NCBI GenBank assembly: GCA_951406725.2
Contig: OX597816.1
Span: 20,212,001 to 20,276,000 of the forward strand
Source: Octopus vulgaris
Lineage: Eukaryota
DNA length: 64,000 bases
Direction: 5' to 3'
The position numbers and the translations under genes are program-made. Every line of letters begins with the position of its first letter. Position 1 is the first letter of the stretch. The notes beneath the pieces were generated by a model. That model searched no databases. It saw only the letters and a program-made list of their open reading frames with translations, and had not been told where the DNA came from. Below are positions 11,935 through 25,575 of this stretch, piece by piece.

Positions 11935-13640
11935 CACATCCCCTCTGGGGCACATGCAAATCACAAACCCAGAAGTTTTCTTTGATGCCACAACACTCCA
12001 AAACCAGACAACAACCATCGACCACATAGACATAACAGAGAGGGATGTAATATCTGCCATAGAAGAAATGAGAATAAACTCAGCTGCTGGACCAGATGGA
12101 TTCCCAGCAGTCCTCCTACAAACATGCAGGCATGCCCTCCACAAAGGAGGGAGTAGAGCAGAGGCCAAAAACTACAGGCCAGTCTCCCTGACGTCACACA
12201 TAAGTAAGGTCATGGAACGAATCATCAGAAAAAAACTGATCACGTTCCTCGAAGAAACTAACCGTCTCACTGACACACAGCATGGCTTTCGCCCAGGAAG
12301 AAGCTGCCTTACGCAGCTGTTACAACACTACGACTGGGTACTGAAACAACTACTGGATCGCTCACAGGTGGATGTGGTATATCTCGACTTTGCGAAGGCC
12401 TTTGACAAAGTCGACCACGGAGTGATATGTCACAAATTACTCAGACTCGGCATAACAGGAAAAGTAGGTGAGTGGATACATGACTTCCTGAAGGACAGAA
12501 GCCAGATGGTTGCAGCCAATGGAGGCCCTCTCGGGAAAGACACCAATAGCAAGCGGGGTGCCACAGGGCACAGTCTTGGGACCCTTGCTGTTTTTGGTGG
12601 CGCTCTCTGACATGCCCTTGGTAGCACAAACAACATCCCTCACTAGCTATGCTGATGACACAAAGGTAGCACAGGCAATCAAAAACCCAGCTGATGCTGA
12701 CCTTTTACAACAAGATCTGGATGCCATATACAAATGGGCTGAAGACAACAACATGCAATTTAATGCTGGCAAATTTCAAGCCTTACAATATCAAGCTGTA
12801 AACACATATACATTACAACACAACTATACTGGTCCAGGAGGGATCGAAATCCCAGTATCGAAATCAATACGGGACCTGGGGATAGACATGAGTGACGATG
12901 CATCTTTTTCTTCACACATCGCGAAGGTGGCGACAATGTGCAGACGACTCACTGGCTGGATCCTGAGGACATTCCGGACAAGAGACTGCGAGACCATGTT
13001 GACACTATGGAGGACATTTGTCCTAAGCCGCCTGGACTACTGCTCCCAACTGTGGTCACCGCATAGTGTCAAACTAACCACAGAGCTTGAGACAATCCAA
13101 AGACATTTCACCAAGAGGATTTCCACCATGAAAGAAAAGAACTATTGGGAGAGGCTTAGGGAACTCAATTTGTACTCCTTGGAACGAAGACGAGAGAGAT
13201 ATGCAGTGATATACATATGGAAAATCCTGGAGGGACTAGCACCAAATTTTGGAATTGAGAGCTGTTCCAATCCCCGTACAGGACGTCACTGTGTGGTGCC
13301 AAAGGTCCCGTCTTCCACATCCAGGGTAAGGAGCAGATACTGTAATAGCCTGGGGTTCAGGGGCCCTCAGCTTTTCAACAAACTGCCAAGAAAACTAAGA
13401 GATCTACATGATGCGGATGTGGACATTTTCAAAAAACATCTAGACAAGCTGCTTTCCAGGATCCCAGATGAACCCACTGCAAGGTACGAAGGTAACCTAA
13501 GGGCAGCAGCTACAAACTCTCTCTTAGATCAGTGGCCAGCCACGGCAAACTGGACTTAGAGAGGGTAGCAACAAGGGCGGTGCCCCAGCATGCCTCAGCC
13601 GGATGGCTGAAACAAGTAAAAGAGTAAAAGAGTAAAAGAG
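11935..13640 (+). mobile_element. CR1-group LINE, 5'-truncated ORF2 (RT) with 3' tail
   Basis: SAAGPDG, NYRPVSLTS, QHGFRPGRSC, YLDFAKAFDKVDH, SGVPQGTVLGPLLF, YADDT, LYSLERRRERY; one frameshift near 12520; ends in (GTAAAAGA)n. Confidence 0.93.
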
Positions 13641-14236
<596 letters not shown>

Positions 14237-14261
14237 AATATGTTACATTACTCGATAGTCA

Positions 14262-14321
14262 AGATAAAACTCTGAGTTTCAGATGCCGAAGTGGGAATCC
14301 ACGACATCTCTTCAGTTATCT
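14262..14321 (-). ncRNA. Type I hammerhead ribozyme, canonical core
   Basis: AGATAA CTGAAGA GATGTCG...CGGCATC T GAAA CTCAGAG TT TTATCT. Confidence 0.75.
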
Positions 14322-14359
14322 GGCTATTTGAAAACGCTAGATAGCGTTTTCAAATAGCC

Positions 14360-14419
14360 AGATAACCGAAGAGATGTCGTGGAATGCCACTTCGGCATTT
14401 GAAACTCAGAGTTTTATCT
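14360..14419 (+). ncRNA. Type I hammerhead ribozyme-like motif (CCGAAGA core)
   Basis: AGATAA CCGAAGA GATGTCG...CGGCATT T GAAA CTCAGAG TT TTATCT. Confidence 0.65.
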
Positions 14420-14517
14420 TGACTATCGAGTAATGTAACATATTATTGTATAGATAAATTTCCTCTATTTACATAAAATTGATGTCTCTTTCTTTCTTTT
14501 GTTATCTTACCGTTTTA

Positions 14518-14551
<34 letters not shown>

Positions 14552-14557
14552 CTAAAA

Positions 14558-14856
14558 TCAAAATGAAGGTGAAAAATTGGATATTAATTTAATAACACCA
14601 ATTTAACACCAGTGGTTTAGCGCATAAAAAACTGAGATTCAGTAAATATTATTAATACACAAATAGGAGCGAGAATCCACTATGTGGACGGTCTTACGCT
14701 AAAGATAGATCCGCAAGGGTCTCAACCACTAAGAATTGTTCTAGTGTGCTGAATTTTTCTTGAGAACAATTCTTAGTGGTTGAGACCCTTGCGGATCTAT
14801 CTTTAGCGTAAGAGCGTCCACATAGTCGATTCTCTCTCATATTTGTGTATTAATAT
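14558..14856. mobile_element. Fold-back element family J in (TA)n
   Basis: Inverted arms ~14650-14741 and ~14763-14855; left end AAAATGA.GGTGAAAAA..G.ATATTAATTT shared with 22116 and 49556. Confidence 0.75.
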
Positions 14857-15063
14857 ATATATATATACATAATAGTTTCCTAACCTTGAAATTGCAATAG
14901 AGAATTAACCTTTTATTATTAAATTGTGGATTTTATAGGTCATGTCACTCGCAGACTGCCTTATTCTGAGGAGATATAATTTGAGTGAAATTATTGGCTT
15001 CATTGCGGGTTTTCACTGTTATTTCAAAAGATGTAAGATTTTTGCGAGCCTGTCCGTTATAAT

Positions 15064-15402
15064 TGAAGGCGCATGGCTCAGTGGTTAGAGCATCGAGCTT
15101 ACGATCGTGCAGCTGTGAGTTCGATTCCCGGGTCTCGGCTGCGTGTTGTGTTCTTGAGCAAAACACTTTATTTCACGTTGCTTCAGTTAACTCAGCTGTA
15201 GAAATGATTTGCGACGTCACGGGTGCCAAGCTGTATCGGCCTTTGCCTTTCCTTTGGATAACATCAGTGGCGTGGAGAGGGGAGGCTGGTATGCATGGAC
15301 GACTGCTGCCCTTCCACAAACAACCTCACCCGCAATTGTACCTTGGAGGGTAGATTTCTAGGTGTGCAATCCCATGGTCATTCATGACCGAAGTGTGGTC
15401 TC
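15064..15402 (+). mobile_element. tRNA-derived SINE family D (CORE-like middle), alternative tail
   Basis: GGCGCATGGCTCAGTGGTTAG...GTTCGATTCC head, CTTGAGCAA.ACACTT central block; tail also present inverted at ~11015-11070. Confidence 0.8.
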
Positions 15403-15461
15403 CCCCATATATATATATATTATTTTTTTTTGACTGCGGCCATGCTGGAGCACCGCCTTTA

Positions 15462-15624
15462 GAGTGGTGAAAGAGTACAGCAGGGATCACCACCTCCTGC
15501 CGGAGCCTCGTGGAGCTTTTAGGTGTTTTCGCTCAATAAACACACACAACGCCCGGTCTGGGAATCGAAACCGCGATCGTCCGAACGCAAGTCCGCTGCC
15601 CTAACCACTAGGCCATTACTCCTT
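15462..15624 (-). mobile_element. SINE family C, 5' part
   Basis: Matches the head of 33927-34309. Confidence 0.8.
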
Positions 15625-16110
15625 AAGAAAATGCGTTCGTTTATTTACTCTTCCTTATCTTTGCGATGCGGCAAAAAGGACCGTTAATATACTTAATATA
15701 CCAGACTTAAAAATCATTTCTACGGTCTTAGTTCGACTAAACCCATCAGGGTTGTACTCCAACATAGCCTCAGTCGAATGACTGAAAAGAAAGCCGAATG
15801 GTAAACGGCAAATGATACGCAGTGTACTGACTTTTTTCATATGTATGAAAACATCATACTATAACAGATAAATAATCTGATATTAATAGACTTATACAAA
15901 GCCAGACACTTTAAATATACGTTGAGATAATTTTTAGAAACAAAACATACGTCATCTGGATACGATTGAGACGATGTCACGTTTACAGACAATATATTAT
16001 TTTATTATGGCATTGACCTGTGTGTTTAATGTATTGTTGATTTCTGAACTTTGGACTTGTAGATATTTCGTCACTTTTAGATTCAATTACTCTTGTTTAT
16101 TTTCTCCCTG

Positions 16111-16150
<40 letters not shown>

Positions 16151-16179
16151 ATATATATAGGTATCTATTGATGAGTATG

Positions 16180-16793
16180 TATGTATATATATGTATATAT
16201 ATATGTTTATATATATATATATATGGGGGTGCCTGTTTATATATATATGTATATATGTATATATATATATACGTATATATATATATATGTATGTATATAT
16301 ATGAATGTATATATATATGTATATATATATATACGTATATATATATGTATATATATATATACGTATATATATATGTATATATATATATACGTATATATAT
16401 ATGTATATATATATATACGTATATATATATATGTATATACGTATATATATATGTATATATATATATACGTATATATATATGTATATATATATATATGCGT
16501 ATATATATATATATACGTATATATATATGTATATATATATACGTATATATATGTATATATATACGTATATATATATGTATATATATACGTATATATATAC
16601 GTATATATATATATACGTATATATATATGTGTATATATATGTATATATATACGTATATATATACGTATATATATGTATATATATACGTATATATATGTAT
16701 ATATATACGTATATATATGTATATATATACGTATATATATATATATATATATATATATACGTATATATATATATACGTATATATATATATACG

Positions 16794-16833
<40 letters not shown>

Positions 16834-16858
16834 CATATATATATGTATATATATATAC

Positions 16859-16890
<32 letters not shown>
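16180..16890. repeat. (TA)n microsatellite with interspersed CG/TG
   Basis: Direct reading. Confidence 0.97.
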
Positions 16891-16893
<3 letters not shown>

Positions 16894-17152
16894 TAAAACG
16901 CTAAGATAACAAAAGAAAGAAAGAGATCTCAATATTGTGTAAATAGAGGAAATTTATCTATAAAATAATATGTTACATTAATCGATAGTCAATATAAAAC
17001 TCTGAGTTTCAGATGCCGAAGTGGGAATCCACGCCGCCATCTCTTCGGAAAATAGCCAGATAACCGAAGAGATGGCGGCATGGATTCCCACATCGGCATC
17101 TGAAATTCAGAGTTTTATCTTGACTATCGAGTAATGTAACATATTATTTTAT
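16891..17152. mobile_element. Fold-back element family H (copy 2, opposite orientation)
   Basis: Same sequence family as 14231-14520 with a different inversion point (~17049); hammerhead fold at 17058-17120 (+). Confidence 0.85.
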
Positions 17153-17231
17153 ATATATATATAAAGATATATATATATATGTATGTATGTATACGTATAT
17201 ATATATGCACACATATATATACAAATGTGTG

Positions 17232-17262
<31 letters not shown>

Positions 17263-17689
17263 AGATAGATAGATAGAGAGATAAATAGATGGATGATAGA
17301 GATACATAATATTTATATATATGACTAGAATTCTTTTAAGGTGGCTTATCAGTTTTCAATTAACAAAGATGACTGTAAACAAATACTTCCATAATACAGT
17401 ATATGAGAAAAGAATAAAACACTTTAAAATGACACAAGACCCACAAGAGGAATGCTAAAAGTGTATACAATGCGGTCAGTGTAATGGTCTAAATTTCAAT
17501 AACGAAAATTTTAGTTAAACTCAGATTGAAAAAACCCATTGATATTAACATTAAAATAATTCCTTTATTAAAAGGCGATACTTAATTCGGTTTTCAAAAG
17601 GAGAATATACAACGAAAGGAAAACAAGAAAAGGGAATATAAAATCATATCAAAAAGGAAAAAAAAAACTCTCTGAAGCTTGTAAAAATT

Positions 17690-19260
17690 GTTTATTTACT
17701 ACCCACTAGGGGCGACATAGAGGGGACACTACAAAACATTGGAGACATAGAACATAACAATTAAAATTATGGAAAAGGAATTTTTTTAATGAAAAAATGA
17801 TAATATGAAAGTGATGCTAAACGGCCCCATCCGTTAGCATCACTTACCTGTCCTTTGGTTTTTCACTTTCCCTCAGATGTTCCTCGTTCATTCCCAATAA
17901 TAAAACCATTCCTCTCTATTCTTACTTCAAAATACTCCTCCATATTTTTCACGGATTCTTCACACATTCTTGTCTCTTTCACCTCCCAATTCTCCCTTTC
18001 ACACCTTGTCATAGACTCATCCATTCTCTCCTTTTCAATCACTGCATACCTGGTCTCACATATTTCATACCATTTATACTCCTCTATTGCCTTTTTAATT
18101 TATTTCTTTTCTGTCATAATAAAAATGTTTGGCCTGGGTTCGTTTTTTGTGTATTGTTTTTGCGCGTCCTTTTATTGTTTTCTTGTTGGAGGGAAGCGGG
18201 TGGGTTCACTGTCTGCAGGGAGTGGGTGGGACTCAGAGGGTGTGGGTGGTGTTGGGGTGGGTTGGGGTTCAATATTGTTCGGCTTTCTCCCTCTCTTTCT
18301 TTTTCTCCTCAACCCATTCGTTTTGGGTTTCCTCTCCTGTTGTTTCACACTCCACTTCCTCTTTATTTTCTTTCTCTCCTTGTGTCTCAATTACGGTTTC
18401 CTTTGGTGGGGGAGGGCAGTAAGCTCTTATGTGGCCCCTCAGACCACACTTATAGCACTTTGGTGCTCTGCCCTCCACCCACACTCTCATGACAAGTTTC
18501 CCATATTAATATTATCTGCCATTCTTTCAATTGTCCCCTCCTCTGCTTGAATACTCATTTCAAGCGTCTTTCCACGCCATCCCTCGCTCTTTACAGTGGC
18601 CTGTAGAATGTCCACCTCCTCTTCTATGTCTTTTATAACTGCTGCTGTGACCCACTCTCCTTCTATGTGGGGGGGTATCCCATCCACCCTTATCCTTGTT
18701 GTTCTCTTATTCAAATACGTTGGTAGTAAATATACCTTTTCTGTCTTTAACGCCTTAGCTGCCATTCTTCTTGCCATACTTTTACTTCCATACTGTACCA
18801 TTATCGTACCGTATTCAATTCCTATGACCACAAACACAATTTCCTCCTCCACTCTTCTTAATGCCTCCTCTATATCTTCCATCTTGACTGTTTCCACTCT
18901 TTTGTTGTCTTTTACGAATGTTCTGTATTTTATGACTCTTTCTTCAAACCATTCGCTCCTCTTTTCTGGCGGTAGCAGTTTCACTTCGTCTCCCTCCTTC
19001 GTCATGTAAGCTTGATAGCCTGGTAACTTTTCCAGGTCTATCTCTTTATCTCCTGTTTTTCTTACAGCTCTCGCGTACGTTTTACCAAACTTAACGTCTA
19101 TTTTCTTTACGGCATCAATCAACTCGTCCTCGGAGGTCGATACTTCCGATAGACTTTCGAAAAGTCTTTCTTCGTCCATCTCTCCCATTAGGGAGGGGCG
19201 GTCCATCACTCCTTGTCTGTCTCAACACAGACAGACTAAACCTCGCGCGACCGTACAACA
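17690..19260 (-). mobile_element. gag/ORF1-only retroelement with CCHC zinc knuckle and SINE-A-like 3' tail
   Basis: Interrupted frame from 19209 to ~17865 including CYKCGLRGHIRAYC; no RT; 3' end GTCCCCTCTATGTCGCCCCTAGTGGGTAGTAAATAAA. Confidence 0.75.
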
Positions 19261-19439
19261 AAAAACGTTTAACAACGTGTAACGCAGTAACAAGGAAATA
19301 ATTAACTCACGATGAATAAGTCACGAAGCATAATACCATTTTGTAAAAATGGCAAGTGTATGATTTGCAAGAGATGCGCTGGAGTTGCATGAGAGTCAGA
19401 AATAATGCAGCTATTATATTGTTTTCTAATTTTGACACA

Positions 19440-19905
19440 AGACAAGTATTTTGGAGTGGCAGGGAATACGATTACATCGATCCCAATTTTCAACAGATAT
19501 TTATTTCATCGACCCGGAAACTATAAAAGGCAAAACCGGCCGCACCAGAATTAGAACTCAAAACGTTTAAGATGGACGAAAATTCGCTAAGCATCTTTTC
19601 TGGCGTGCTAACGATTTTGGCATCTTAACGCCTATCTGAAAAAAGAAATTAAAAAATTAAAAAGGTTCTTCACGATCCTTACACTCATAAGACTGGTTTC
19701 CCCAGATTTTGTGCCGAAAATAATCCCGCTGGATGGGATGCCTGTCTTTCGCAGGATTACTTGATATTGCCCGTGGATTGGCTGGAGCAACGTGAATTGA
19801 GATATTTTGCTGAAGAATTCAATGCATCACCCGCTCCAGGAATCTATACCATAATCTTGCGATCCTGAATTTAACACACTAACCACTAAGCCACGCGACT
19901 CCACG
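19440..19905 (-). mobile_element. Two degenerate SINEs (family A; family D head with B-like tail)
   Basis: Diverged motifs GGCGTGCTAACGATT and TAACCACTAAGCCACGCG. Confidence 0.6.
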
Positions 19906-21206
19906 ATATACTATGTCATTAAATTTAAACTGATTCTTAACGAATCTTTCTCATTGATAAACCGTAGTTTCTTCTTAAAAAGAGTCTTAATCTTTGAGAA
20001 ACACTTGGTGTGCAAACGGAGATTATTGCAGACAAAGAAAGCGAAATTATTCCATTATTTTTGAAATATCTTGAACGGAAGCGTTTTGTATTTTACGAAG
20101 ACTAATATTTACGATGATAGAAAATGGTCGTGTTGCATTTCTGGGTATTGATTGAAATATCTAAATTCCGTTTTGATGTTAGAGATGTTCACACATAATT
20201 AGAGAAATGGCTACCTACATACGAAAAACGTATATTTAAAATATAGAAGCTATATGTATCACTGTAAGTGAAGAATGCTTATTTTGTTTTTTCTCAAGAA
20301 ATCTGATTAAGCGAATTAAAATTATATGTCGATGTATTTTTACAATAAATATTTGCTTAAGTAGCATTACTTTTGTGTTACTAAAGCACAAATGAAAACT
20401 CTCCACATTAATAATATATGGTTTAAAATAAAACATGTATTAGCGTGAGTGGAAGAGACATGAAGTAAATGTTAATTATCAATATTATATCCTCTGTAAA
20501 TTACGTAATTGGAAGATGTAAGACGGAGAAGAAATCTACATTTTATAGACTATTAAGTTATTCTGTCTGATACGGTGGCTTTCAAACGTGAGTTATGAAG
20601 CGGTAAGACAACCATACGACACTACTTTGAGTGAAGGAACAACAGTTATAAACCTAAATGATACAAAATGGCAATAAAATTATTTAACTGTAATAGTGAC
20701 TAATATATATCACGGGGACATTTATTAGAAGTTTGTAATAAGAAGAAGAAATACGTAATTTGATTGGCGGTTAATGATGCCTCTTATATGTGTGTGCTGG
20801 AGGTAGCAGTGCGTATAGTGAACAGAGTCTCTCGAAGACAGGTTAGATTGGTACGTTTGACTTTACTGTTAAATTGTTAAGAATCAAGGAACATGTGGAA
20901 GGTTTTATTGAGGATGCCAGTGTTGTACCAATACTTGGAATGTAATTACTATTTAGCCAGAATCTGTAGATATTTAATGAAGAATGACGATGTATGGAGG
21001 AATTGATACTCAGTCGAGGATGCATGTGTGGAAATAGCACGGTAAAAGCCAGCTCTGTGAGACACTAGAAATGTCAGGCAGAAATGACAAGGAATCTCTA
21101 CGCCTGACGTTGCAGTGTGCGTGTGACTTGATACAAGTAAGTCTTGTGACCCGTCCCTGAAAATCTTCTACGACACTTGTGTTTGTATCAATAGAATCTA
21201 ATTCGA

Positions 21207-21250
<44 letters not shown>

Positions 21251-21277
21251 TATATGCATGTGTGTGTGCATGTATGT

Positions 21278-21323
<46 letters not shown>

Positions 21324-22054
21324 TAGATAGATAGATAGATGATTAGATAGATAGATAGATATATGATTAGATAGATAGATAGATATAATTAGACAGATAG
21401 ATATAGATACAGATAATTGGGCTGATAGATAACGGACAGAGTCAACATACAAGGTTGCAAAAGCAACGAAAATTTTGCAAGAAAATATAAATGATAAGTC
21501 AGTGGAAATCTCACCGGTGTGTTAAATAATAAGGCATTATAACAATATGACTCTCCTCAGACAAAACATGAAATCATTAAATTTACTTCCAAAAACTTAT
21601 AGCAGCTAGTAATTGAATTAACCCCCTTGCTTCTTGCTCTTAGATTTTCAAACACGCAGACGAGTCTGTTTTTGTTGCTAATTTCAGGGGCAATCTGACG
21701 TTGTTGATTTTTTTATTTCACTATACTATGTATTAAAAATTTTACTGCATGTGTATTTAACATGCACAAAACTACACATAGGTGACTTCCTCTAGCTCCG
21801 TTATTCATATCCATTATCAGCGTCACTACATACCATTTATTTCTATAAAGATCGATCATCAGTAAAATCCTGCCAAGTGATGTGTATGGACTTTCGCTGG
21901 TTAGACGTAACAAAATTGAAAGACGTCCATTACTGTCTCCATTTTGTGGTTTATAAACAAGCTCCGCTTCTAAAATTATTTTTCTATAGCGCACAAACCC
22001 TTATCACAAGTATTATATGTAGGCACATAATGGATACATATTGCACACTTACAC

Positions 22055-22096
<42 letters not shown>

Positions 22097-22169
22097 TATA
22101 TATATATATACATTCAAAAATGAGGGTGAAAAAATGAGATATTAATTTAATAATACCCTTGTTTTAACA

Positions 22170-22214
<45 letters not shown>

Positions 22215-22989
22215 ATATATATTCTTGATTTTGTTATATTTTAAACAGCCGAAGATAGTTTAGGTCTTCTAATTGCAATGAAAATCATAGTGATAAAAAT
22301 AAAGCAGTGGTGAAAACAGGATTTCCCCCCCCATATTAATCGGATGCAGTAAATACCTTATTAAGTTTGCAAATACACATAGTTTAAACAATTTGTTATC
22401 TCGTCTATTCAGACAGGCTACTAAACGAAAACACTGCCACCCAGTCAGCCACGTATTCCCGAAGCTATCAAATGATATCCAAACACATAAAATGAGGAGT
22501 CGGTTCAGTTCCCAAACAGAGTCGGTTCGAAAATATCTACATCAAGGTAGCGAAATTTAAAACATTCTAAACTGCTCAATTTATAAATGAAGAAATACAC
22601 ATATAACTGAATGAGTTTATTATAAGTTTACATAAGACATGCTTTATTCCACAAATCCTCGTTCATATAAAACTGTAAGATGGGATATAATTTAAAGGGC
22701 GCATAAAATACTGAACCATGTAGAGCTGTGGTCACCATTCACAGGACTATACAGAAATGGAATTGGAAACTGGTTATTTTACAGTTATGCTAAACACCTT
22801 TCTTCTAAGCTTCTTCACCTGGTTTGATATGTATATGTGTATGTGTGTGTGTGCGTGTGTGTGTGTGTACGAGGGGGTGCTGAAAATTTACTGGCCTTAA
22901 GTGTATCAGGAAGGGTGTTGAAGAAGGCTCGACATTCTAAGTTCTTTTAAAGAAGAACTGAAAGACTGCTGCTATAAATTTATGTATTT

Positions 22990-23750
22990 GAGAGCGGAAT
23001 TTCGTCTGTCTTTACGTTCTAAGTTCAAATTCCGCAAAGGTCGACTTCCCTTTTTATCCTTTCAGGGTCAACAAATTTATACCAGTTGCGTACTGGGTCA
23101 ATCTAATCGACTGGCCCTCCCTCCCAAAATTTGAAGCCTTGTGCTTGACTAGATTTAAAAAAATAAATAAATAAATAAACTCAGCCCAGGAGGACGAACT
23201 AAGGCGGCGAGTGGCAGAAACGTTAGCACGCCGGGCGAAATGCGTAGCCGTATTTCGTCTGCCGCTACGTTCTGAGTTCAAATTCCGCCGAGGTCAACTT
23301 TGCCTTTCATCCTTTCGGGGTCGATTAAATAAGTACCAGTTACGCACTGGGGTCGATGTAATCGACTTAATCCGTTTACCTGTCCGTGTTCGTCCCCTCT
23401 GTGTTTAGCCCCTTGTGTGTAGAAAAAGAAATAGGTATTTCGTCTGATGTTACGTTCTGAGGTCAAATTCCGCCGTGGTCGACTTTGCCTTTCGTCCTTT
23501 CGGGGTCGATAAATTAAGTACCAGTTACGCACTGGGGTCGATATAATCGACTTAATCCGTTTGTCTTCTCTGTGTTTAGCCCCTTGTGGGTAGTAAAGAA
23601 ATAGGTATTTCGTCTGTTTTTACCTTCTGAGTTCAAATTCCACCGAGGTCGATAAATTAAGTACCAGTTGCATACTGGAGTCCAGTACACACTGGAATCG
23701 ACTGATCCCCCCCAAAAAAAATTCGAGCCTTGTGCCTAGAGTAGAAAAGA
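22990..23750 (+). mobile_element. SINE family A cluster with tandem internal repeats
   Basis: Partial copy 22990-23150; full head at 23201 followed by repeated ATTTCGTCTG...GTTCAAATTCC...AGTACCAGTT units. Confidence 0.9.
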
Positions 23751-24577
23751 ATAAATATGGCCGTTACAGCTCTGTGTATGAAAAATGGGATTACGTCTCG
23801 TATAGTTTTTATTATAGGTCTTCTTTTTCAGAGTTGTTCAAAGGCTTAAAAATATAATCACATCCACAAAAATTTTCAAAAGAAAATTGTTCGGGATTTT
23901 CGGAGGATCACGTTCTCTCTTCAGTAGTAAACACCATCACATCACAAAGCGTGATATTGCATATTCATTGAACCACAATCGGGCTATCAATAATTAAAAC
24001 AGCTAAAATCAACCCTTGCTTAATTCAATCACGTGCATGCACAAAGTCGTACACGCACAAATACAAAAACAGACACATTAAACACAGATACACACACATA
24101 ATACACACAATGAACAGCAATATCAATAAGATCATGATTCCTAAATGCTAAATTGAGATGCACAGCTCTAGTGACAAGTGCATCAGAGCAGTAAATATTT
24201 CACACTCACCTATCCAAGTTCAGAATCTGTACAGCGACTACTACCCGAAATAGTATCACAACGAATGCTTCAACGACGTTTATCAGAATAGAGGCGGAAA
24301 CTTAGAATAATATAGTCATAAAGATAGAACCAAATGCTGTGTGAACGTAGTTGAAATATTTTTCATTATACGACGGCATCTTCGTGAATGACATATGGGG
24401 TTAAACAAGCATACACATGCACAAGGGTGAGTAAAATTTAATACACAGAGCTGTCCATGCCAAAAACCACTGCATGTGTTGTGTGACGCAACACAATGTG
24501 TCTAAGTCTGAAGGCGTTAGGGCATACATAACAAATATAGCGGATAACTACGGGCATATGTGTGTTTGTAAGTGTGC

Positions 24578-24612
<35 letters not shown>

Positions 24613-24743
24613 TCACATGTGTATAGTTATAATAAGTAAATGTATATGTATGTATGCATTATTTATGAATGTATATATATATATATATATATATATGAAT
24701 GGTGTGTGTGTGTGTGTAATTTACTTAATGTTACGTTTGAGGG

Positions 24744-25043
24744 GTGGAGGCGCATGGCCTAGTGGTTAGAGCAGCGAACTCGCGGTCGAGGGATCGCGGG
24801 TTCGAATCTCCGACCGAGCGATGTGTGTGTTTATGAATAAAACACCTAAGCTCCACGAGGCGCAAGGCAGAACTTCTGCTGACTCTTTCGCCATAACTTT
24901 TTCTCACTCTTTCCTCCTGCATCTTGCCGCTCACCTGTGACGGATCGGCATCCCGTCCAGGTGGGGGACCTATACGCCAAGGAAACCGGGAAACCGGCCC
25001 TTATGAGCCAGGAGTGGTTCGAGAAGGAACAAGCAACAACAAC
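24744..25043 (+). mobile_element. tRNA(Arg)-like SINE family B
   Basis: GGAGGCGCATGGCCTAGTGGTTAG...GGTTCGAATC; tail GCTCGAGAAGGAACAA-like. Confidence 0.9.
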
Positions 25044-25049
25044 GTTTGA

Positions 25050-25575
25050 AGGCAACGAGCTAACAGAATGTTTAACGGCATTTCGTCAGTTTTAACATTT
25101 CGAATTCAAATGCTGCCGTGATCGTCTTTGCCTTTCATATTTGTGAGGTCGATACGATAAAAATCAACCCAACACCAGGGTAGAGATAATCGATTGATCC
25201 CTTCCCACAAACTTGCCGCCCTTGTGCTAATATCTGAAACTAATAAAGGACCATTCCGTCGGTTACGATGACGAGGGTCCCAGCTCATACAATCAACGGA
25301 ACAGCCTGCTCGTGAAATTAACGTGCAAGTGGCTGAGCACCCCACAGAGACGTATACCCTTAACGTCATCCTCAGGGATATTCATCGTGACAGATCATGA
25401 CAAGACTGGTCCTTTAAAATACAGGTACTACTCATTTTAGCCAGCTAAGGTGGTCTAAAGAAACGTGAAATAAAGTGTTTTGCTCAAGGACAGAACGTGT
25501 CGTCGGGAATTGAACACTCCCGACTTTACGATCCTTAGCCGAATGCCCCTAGCCACTAAGCCACGAGCCTTCTCA
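25050..25575. mobile_element. Degenerate SINE A (+) and SINE D with C-type tail (-)
   Basis: GCCTTTCAT motif at 25130; CCGTCGGTTACGA tail and TAGCCACTAAGCCACG head. Confidence 0.75.

Noticed and set aside
17855-18550. 231 aa hydrophobic plus-strand ORF
   Set aside because: Antisense shadow of the purine-rich gag-like ORF
24744-24820. tRNA-like sequences at SINE heads
   Set aside because: No full cloverleaf with acceptor stem; they continue into SINE bodies, so not called tRNA genes
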